Below are positions 59,201 through 64,000 of a stretch of 64,000 bases of DNA, in pieces. The notes below the pieces were generated by a model. It was not told where the DNA came from and did not search any database. It saw only the letters and a list, made by a program, of their open reading frames with translations. Where the stretch lies: NCBI GenBank assembly GCA_963817915.1, contig CAWFQL010000012.1:64001-128000 (forward strand), read 5' to 3'. Each line of letters opens with the position of its first letter. The stretch's first letter is position 1. Position numbers and translations under genes: made by a program. The stretch comes from an uncultured candidate division Zixibacteria bacterium. GTDB lineage: Bacteria; Zixibacteria; MSB-5A5; UBA10806.

Positions 59201-62199
59201 ACAACAAACAGAGTATCTTTTAAATGAACCGTATATTCGAAATACCCATTTTGCATATTCAGCGAGCCACTATTATCAATATCCTCAGTATCGAATCTTC
59301 CCCTGCGATCAGGGTCATTGTTGTTGTTCTTTGTGCCGTTGATATGAGAATAATCTTCGCGTCTGTCGGCGCTATAACTCCATTCGTCATCTCGAAGTAT
59401 GCCAAGCCCGGTGTCTTCGTTTAGAGTGAAAACATTATCATGGTTTGAATCTTCCGAATCCAATTCCGTGTTGTCATTGAGATCCTCGGAGATTTGACCG
59501 AAATCAATATGCAAAGTTGGATCGTCGGTTCTGCTTGCGCTATTCGGATCGGGGAGATACCATATTTCGATAAACTTGGTCAATGACTGGTCGGCCATCC
59601 CCGAATAAATTGATCTCATGATGCCGCCCCAGCGCAAATCCGGACTGGTAGAAGTCGATTCCGGAGTTGATGCCGACGAATCAGGATTGAAATTGAAATA
59701 TAAAACGTCCTGGCGGTCGTCTTCAGAGCGGACTTGCCTATTGGGCCATATTGATTTAATCGAAACAACGTCATATGGATTGTACCACCAGAAGAAGCCC
59801 CTCCTGGTCAGATTGGCCTTCTGATTGGCAGAATCAACAGGCGGCGAACATATAGTCCATATAGAACGGCGCATGCCCAAATCGGTTGCTGTCTTGGTTC
59901 CTTCGAAATCATCAATGAAAGCTTCATTTTTCGTATTTGGATTTGGCAAGCTCTGCGCTATCTCGCCTGTTATTTCCAATGAAGATTGAGCGTCGGATTC
60001 CACAAGCGGCAAAGCATCAACCATCTTGGTCATCAGGTCCGGCTGGAATCTAAATGAGAAATTGCTATCCCATACAAATCCTTTGGTGGGCTCTCTGCCG
60101 ACTCGAGGCCGGGGATCAGATGCCGCTTCCGAACGATACATGGCTGCAATTGAGATATTCGAATTTTCCAAAAGCTGATATTGACCCGCGATTCCGAATA
60201 ACGTTTTCTTTTCCGGCATGAAGAATGGCGCGTAAGCAAAATCAACCGAGACATTAGCGGCAGGATTCATAGCTTCTTCGCTCAGGAATGTAATCTGCCC
60301 AATATCATAGACTATATTATAATCAACCCCGCGTCTTAATACCGTTCCATCTCCAAGCTTAACAACCTCACTGCCTTCGATAATATTCGCTCTTCCAAGA
60401 GGATAAGACGATGATCTTTGTGAAGTCTTAATCCTCAAATAATATTTGCTGAATTCCGAAAGACGGGAGCTGCCGGGTGTGTATTGATAAATCTCCGGTG
60501 TCCTGACAGTCAAGTTAGGACTATCAAATGGATGTCTTTCCGGGAAAATTAGATGCCCTTTGCTGGCATCTATGACCGTATTGTTAAAATCAAAAATACA
60601 ATCCGGAGTACGTACCGACGGATTGTTGTTATTCAGAGAATCAAGCCCGAGTAAGGTAATAAAGCAGACGGAATTCTGATTGTCGACATCGTTGATTTGG
60701 CCGCCCTGTCCTCCCTGCCCCATATAAATCTTAAGATCAAATCCTTCGCTGGAAATATTCCTCGAACCGAGATCGTATACATTACGCCACATTAAATTCC
60801 AGGTCGCGTACGTTGGGTTTGAGTTGGTGAGCTTAAGCAATTTTAGAACCAACGTCGTATCGGGGCTGGTATTAGGTCTGTAGCTCAAACTTCCGACTGT
60901 CATTGTATCAATTATATTCCCTCTATAGCGAACATATTTTATATAAGCGCCCAAGGAAATATTTTCATCAAGTTGCTGATCCAATACCACAAAGCCTGAT
61001 GCCTTATAAAGCTCATATTGCGTCTGATCGATTTGCTCGAAATATGTAGAAAGATATTCTCCTCCTCTTGCGGAATCTGCCGAGCTGACAAATGGCAAAC
61101 TATCAAGCGGCGTAACACAGGCTAACCCGCGTGGATACGATTCACCCTGCTGGGGCTGGCCATGGCTCTTATATAATTCAACGGACCTTATGGAAATAGA
61201 ATCTGACAACGCTCTTAAAGAGTCAATGCCTAACCAAAAGTAGGTGTTTGGCAAATATTGCCAATCCTTAAGTTCGTTCTCGGTTCCCCTTGCACCCGCA
61301 TTAAATGTGGCTTTTTCGGACGATCCCTTTTCCTGGCTGGTGATCATTGTCAGGTCCAAATTCCCGACCCGACCGGTAGCCTTTATTCCGAAGAGCCCCT
61401 GAACATTCTGCGAGTACCCGATGAAAGTAGCGTTGGGCAGGGATAAATTAGTATTTCCGGCTTCGACCGATTGGACTATATCGTTTTCATCGCCTTTATA
61501 TCGAAGTTTAATCGTGTTGGCCAGGTCGACATCTCGCTGGGAATCCTGATCAACTTCAACTGTAATCTTTGATCCGATGGTGCCGGTAACTTTGAATCGT
61601 GATTTTTGCTCCATCTGGAGCGATGGAAATTTCGATTGTTTGAATGTACCGGTATTTTCAAGGCCATCTTCCCATTCGCTCTTACCCGAAAAGCTGATTG
61701 AACGATATCCGCTTACTTGAATATTTGATTTGCCTTCGCCGATAATGCTGGAGATGACTTTAGGAGTTTCAATTGGAATTGTAAATTTTACTCCGCCCTG
61801 GTCTGTGCTTTTATCGATCTTCCCCAATGAAGTTTTTAGATCGTCCTGCCAGGTTTCATTGAATGTATATTGCCTGCGGTATCCGAGGAATTCTTTAAAT
61901 GAATAAGTCTGAGATTCCGAAAGATCGTAATCGCCGGCCGAATCGGTTATATAGACGTAATCACGGTTTTTGGAGAATGATATATCGCGGCTATATCTTA
62001 TTTTATTGAACTTAAATAGATAGCAGGCGGCGTAACGATTGAGGCCTGTCCTGTCTGAAGGCGGTCCAACCTCATTCCTGACAACAAAATCGCTCTTGAT
62101 CTGAAGCGGAACCTTTATATCAGCAAAGTCACCACCGTAGGCGGCTGAATACAGGCCCAAAAACAAGAGCGCGAATTTTATTTTAGTCAAAAAAGACAC
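56293..62199 (-). CDS. sprA: SprA/Sov-family T9SS outer-membrane translocon (start uncertain, about 62190-62217)
   Basis: About 1970 aa; AGNTNLSLP-QGLFG, GVDYNI-G-I, IDDFEG, DTED-G, GE-W-DE-R; amphipathic beta-strands; terminal Phe. Confidence 0.88.
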   Translation of the reverse strand: MSFLTKIKFALLFLGLYSAAYGGDFADIKVPLQIKSDFVVRNEVGPPSDRTGLNRYAACYLFKFNKIRYSRDISFSKNRDYVYITDSAGDYDLSESQTYSFKEFLGYRRQYTFNETWQDDLKTSLGKIDKSTDQGGVKFTIPIETPKVISSIIGEGKSNIQVSGYRSISFSGKSEWEDGLENTGTFKQSKFPSLQMEQKSRFKVTGTIGSKITVEVDQDSQRDVDLANTIKLRYKGDENDIVQSVEAGNTNLSLPNATFIGYSQNVQGLFGIKATGRVGNLDLTMITSQEKGSSEKATFNAGARGTENELKDWQYLPNTYFWLGIDSLRALSDSISIRSVELYKSHGQPQQGESYPRGLACVTPLDSLPFVSSADSARGGEYLSTYFEQIDQTQYELYKASGFVVLDQQLDENISLGAYIKYVRYRGNIIDTMTVGSLSYRPNTSPDTTLVLKLLKLTNSNPTYATWNLMWRNVYDLGSRNISSEGFDLKIYMGQGGQGGQINDVDNQNSVCFITLLGLDSLNNNNPSVRTPDCIFDFNNTVIDASKGHLIFPERHPFDSPNLTVRTPEIYQYTPGSSRLSEFSKYYLRIKTSQRSSSYPLGRANIIEGSEVVKLGDGTVLRRGVDYNIVYDIGQITFLSEEAMNPAANVSVDFAYAPFFMPEKKTLFGIAGQYQLLENSNISIAAMYRSEAASDPRPRVGREPTKGFVWDSNFSFRFQPDLMTKMVDALPLVESDAQSSLEITGEIAQSLPNPNTKNEAFIDDFEGTKTATDLGMRRSIWTICSPPVDSANQKANLTRRGFFWWYNPYDVVSIKSIWPNRQVRSEDDRQDVLYFNFNPDSSASTPESTSTSPDLRWGGIMRSIYSGMADQSLTKFIEIWYLPDPNSASRTDDPTLHIDFGQISEDLNDNTELDSEDSNHDNVFTLNEDTGLGILRDDEWSYSADRREDYSHINGTKNNNNDPDRRGRFDTEDIDNSGSLNMQNGYFEYTVHLKDTLFVVDQSVAPSGTWKLLRIPLQDPNAYNVMGARASADFTKLNYARLWFSGASEPYFMKMASFELVGNKWQEDTVRATYGAPLGPNEKLEVTVKNTQENSSYYPPPGIAGNLDRATGIREKEQSLVLSYQEMTAGHAGQVYWDLYQSENYTLYQTLKMYVHGDSSSSSGKVTFFFRLGTKNTENYYEYRTVLQPDWNENNWVEIDFNKMTALKYEMMKRVRPESLLYADTTDGHYRVHGNPALSQISGFWAGVEIDTSATGTYTGEVWLDEMRVSNVRKKTDFAGKLQVNAKFADFLDLTLAYNKTGSDFVMLSSKIPSGMATTNKSIRLSTKLDKFFSPDLGLALPATFTYSTQISLPRLKPGSDIILNRESQQIEKSLTRSASYSFSEAFNRNTNNWLWNLTLNRINTSYFYSISQNNSPALPLSRLLSYKMTGAYDLTPKAKPSFKPLVWTKYLLMPKVISGADCFPLPTQFKFTANLDGSNKTERLPSSIQTYSRVKDLTLTASTGLNLFSSTRTNYSMGSTRDISDPASFKMSINPSKIKLGKEKTLNQRFDTNFIPKLSKLFDTKFTFNSSYDENTDIRQNSDGTRSTRAQNGIRIETRLNVPMLIPKDRGKSQMAPPPDKGNDNKSDEGTEPGQSDDKPKDDNNGQPSKGSPKWILKKMVGALSMIQPIQANYQKNKDLSLRGLVNRPSMAYIFGFSQNPHALVKDTPNLQLPNQSTTSNNIEISSGLQPFTSLSVTTGYQYKYTVTRSSNEPLFDKSATFPDLNFTLNGLEKLSFLTKLSSSVNLQTAFQKIVTTKGQADTKEVRNRETVKNFYPLMSLKFIFKNNVSASIRYDRKTGKTENLRGEGQSKVNTENSDNTLKISFSYSLSAPKGIKLPLLKKIKFDSQLSMALDITIRNTIAENLVESVRTPTSKTVDLTIEPKLSYQFSRAITGGLNGAWTDTNNKITQRKHHIRRLGIWTEIRF

Positions 62200-62290
62200 T
62201 ACCCACCATGTCCACAAAAAGCGGACCCTTAGTATCTCATATTTTAATCATTAGCAATATTCCCTAAAGCCTCCTTTTGTACGGGTTTCA

Positions 62291-63202
62291 TTACGGCCCA
62301 ATATACAAAATTTCCCTTTTCAAGTCCACACCAAATTTATCCAAAACAGCTTTATTCATATTGCCTATTAATGTCTTTACATCGCTTGAAGTTGCGTGGC
62401 CCATATTTACGACAATATTACAATGTTTGTCAAAGATAGCCGCGTCTCCAATTCTCATATCCTTTACTCCAGCTTCCTCAAGTAGTTTTCCCGCCGGTAT
62501 AACATTCTTGGGGTCTTCCAGAGTTCTTAAATTTTTAAACACCGATCCGGCAGACCCTAATCCCACCGGATGCCTATCCTGTCGGAATTTCCTTCTCTCA
62601 TTTACTATTTCGGCTAATTTATTCTGGTCTGCAGGATTAAGCCTAAGGTAGACCGAAAGCACTACATCGCCGCAATCCGATAAAAGCGACTTTCTATAAG
62701 CGAATTTAAAATAATTATTATCCACAATGACGATTTTGTCCTCGTGATTATAGATTACGCCCTTCTCCAGAATTTCATTGATTGCATGCCCGAATGCGCC
62801 GGCATTGCCATATACAGCGCCACCGATAGTACCGCGAATACCCGCCGCGTATTCAAGTCCGCCCAATGATCTTTCGACCGCGACATCGACCATGCTATCG
62901 ACAAGCGCACCGGACTGGGCCGCGGCTCCCGTAGAATCGAATTGGAAATGCCTGCACTCATCTTTAATTATCATGCCGTCGAATCCCTGATCATCAATAA
63001 GGATATTCGATCCGCCGCCAAGAATAAAATATTTGATATCATTTTTGCGCGCGGCTCTTATTGCCCGGATAATTTCTGTTGGAGTTTGAGCCGTGATAAA
63101 ATACCTGGCAGGGCCGCCGATCCCGAATGATGTATATGGCGCCAGGATTACATTTTCCTGCAGAGCAATGCCCAGTGTTTTAATTGGTGTATTATTATTC
63201 AT
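62291..63202 (-). CDS. murB: UDP-N-acetylenolpyruvoylglucosamine reductase
   Basis: TSFGIGGPA, GGGSN, GIRGTIGGA-NAGA, AGSVFKN, H-N. Confidence 0.95.
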   Translation of the reverse strand: MNNNTPIKTLGIALQENVILAPYTSFGIGGPARYFITAQTPTEIIRAIRAARKNDIKYFILGGGSNILIDDQGFDGMIIKDECRHFQFDSTGAAAQSGALVDSMVDVAVERSLGGLEYAAGIRGTIGGAVYGNAGAFGHAINEILEKGVIYNHEDKIVIVDNNYFKFAYRKSLLSDCGDVVLSVYLRLNPADQNKLAEIVNERRKFRQDRHPVGLGSAGSVFKNLRTLEDPKNVIPAGKLLEEAGVKDMRIGDAAIFDKHCNIVVNMGHATSSDVKTLIGNMNKAVLDKFGVDLKREILYIGP

Positions 63203-63219
63203 AATGAGATTCTGATGTC

Positions 63220-63999
63220 CTATTGACCGGGGTTCCATTCCATATTTTTAATTTTCCACATTGAAATTGACAACGACATAATCATGAATATTCCGGCGAT
63301 AACAAAAATTGGGAATATTGGAGAGATTCCGTTGGAAAATAGAATCTTTGGCATAAATGAGGCCAGATATAAGAGCGCCACCGTGAAAAATGTCAAGATA
63401 ATATACAAAAAACCGCCAAAGCCTTTTAGTATTTTATTTGATTTTTCCCATTTGAAATCGCCGTAAAATATCCCCATTGGTAACCCGGCGGCAAATCCTG
63501 CCCAGGAAAAGCTTACCATAATAAATAGATACGATATTTCATTTGCTTTTCCAAAGATCAAATGAATAATGGAGATCATTGTTGCGCCGAGAGTAATAAA
63601 TAATAACCCTAAGAGCGATTTGCTGATCAGAGTCTGTCTTTGTCCGTCGGGGATAGCGATATTCCACCAGAATGCTTTTCTCTCCATAAGGACGATACGA
63701 CTTCCGACCTGTCCTCCAAATAATGCGGCAAACATGCCGCTGACGGGGGAAATAGTTCCTGAAAAGAAATTCGTAGAATCATTTCCTGTAAATGCGATAA
63801 ATGGAAACAACAAGAGAAATATCATTATGACGACATTGGACATCATGATTTCGGTTTCTCTAAAAAATAAAATAAAATCTCGTTTAAAATGCGCCACAAT
63901 AGGAGAAGTCCCGACATTAATATTCGCCGTTTTTTCTGAAGCCAATTCCGGTATCTCTTGAATAATTCCGCTGAGATAATGACGCGCGGTTATTTTATA
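63220..63999 (-). CDS. Putative ABC exporter permease, 5'-partial
   Basis: Frame is open to the window edge; KRDFILFFRE and MERKAFW resemble motifs in 1499..3196. Confidence 0.65.
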   Translation of the reverse strand, partial: YKITARHYLSGIIQEIPELASEKTANINVGTSPIVAHFKRDFILFFRETEIMMSNVVIMIFLLLFPFIAFTGNDSTNFFSGTISPVSGMFAALFGGQVGSRIVLMERKAFWWNIAIPDGQRQTLISKSLLGLLFITLGATMISIIHLIFGKANEISYLFIMVSFSWAGFAAGLPMGIFYGDFKWEKSNKILKGFGGFLYIILTFFTVALLYLASFMPKILFSNGISPIFPIFVIAGIFMIMSLSISMWKIKNMEWNPGQ

Positions 64000-64000
64000 T

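Noticed and set aside
1..64000. Genome-wide UGA reassignment (genetic code 4 or 25)
   Set aside because: TGA ends many full-length genes at their expected C-termini (nadB, secA, sprA, lpxB)
1..64000. tRNA, rRNA, transposase, integrase or prophage genes
   Set aside because: None recognised by eye; intergenic gaps are short and mostly explained by promoters and terminators. A covariance-model scan was not possible

Overview
Gene-dense chromosomal window from a Gram-negative bacterium. The fused LpxC-FabZ, SprA, T9SS C-terminal sorting domains, long SecA and C-terminal dockerins point to the FCB superphylum, most plausibly candidate division Zixibacteria (inference only). Housekeeping content: a lipid A cluster (lpxC-fabZ, lpxA, GnnA-like oxidoreductase, lpxB, LpxJ-like DUF374, waaA, lpxK) running into nadB and guaA, plus secA, dusB and murB. 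Accessory content: larB-larC-etfA-Ni transporter, an FHA/phosphoesterase/CHASE2-kinase module, a lone CydA-cytochrome c fusion, three tandem pairs of secreted paralogues, and an sprA-led array of envelope peptidases. Most notable signals: (1) a secreted DUF1573 gene with an in-frame TGA at the first Cys of its C-G-C motif (probable selenoprotein or UGA recoding); (2) sprA translationally coupled through a CTGA overlap to a glutaminyl-cyclase-like M28 lipoprotein, followed by an SppA fused to a PorV/FadL-like barrel; (3) three probable CTG start codons and three probable leaderless genes; (4) D-(S/T)-hydrophobic sequons enriched in exported proteins; (5) a 4-Cys insert in SecA. Several frameshifts with a net extra base (guaA and others) look like sequencing errors. 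No rRNA, tRNA, CRISPR array, prophage or transposase was recognised.
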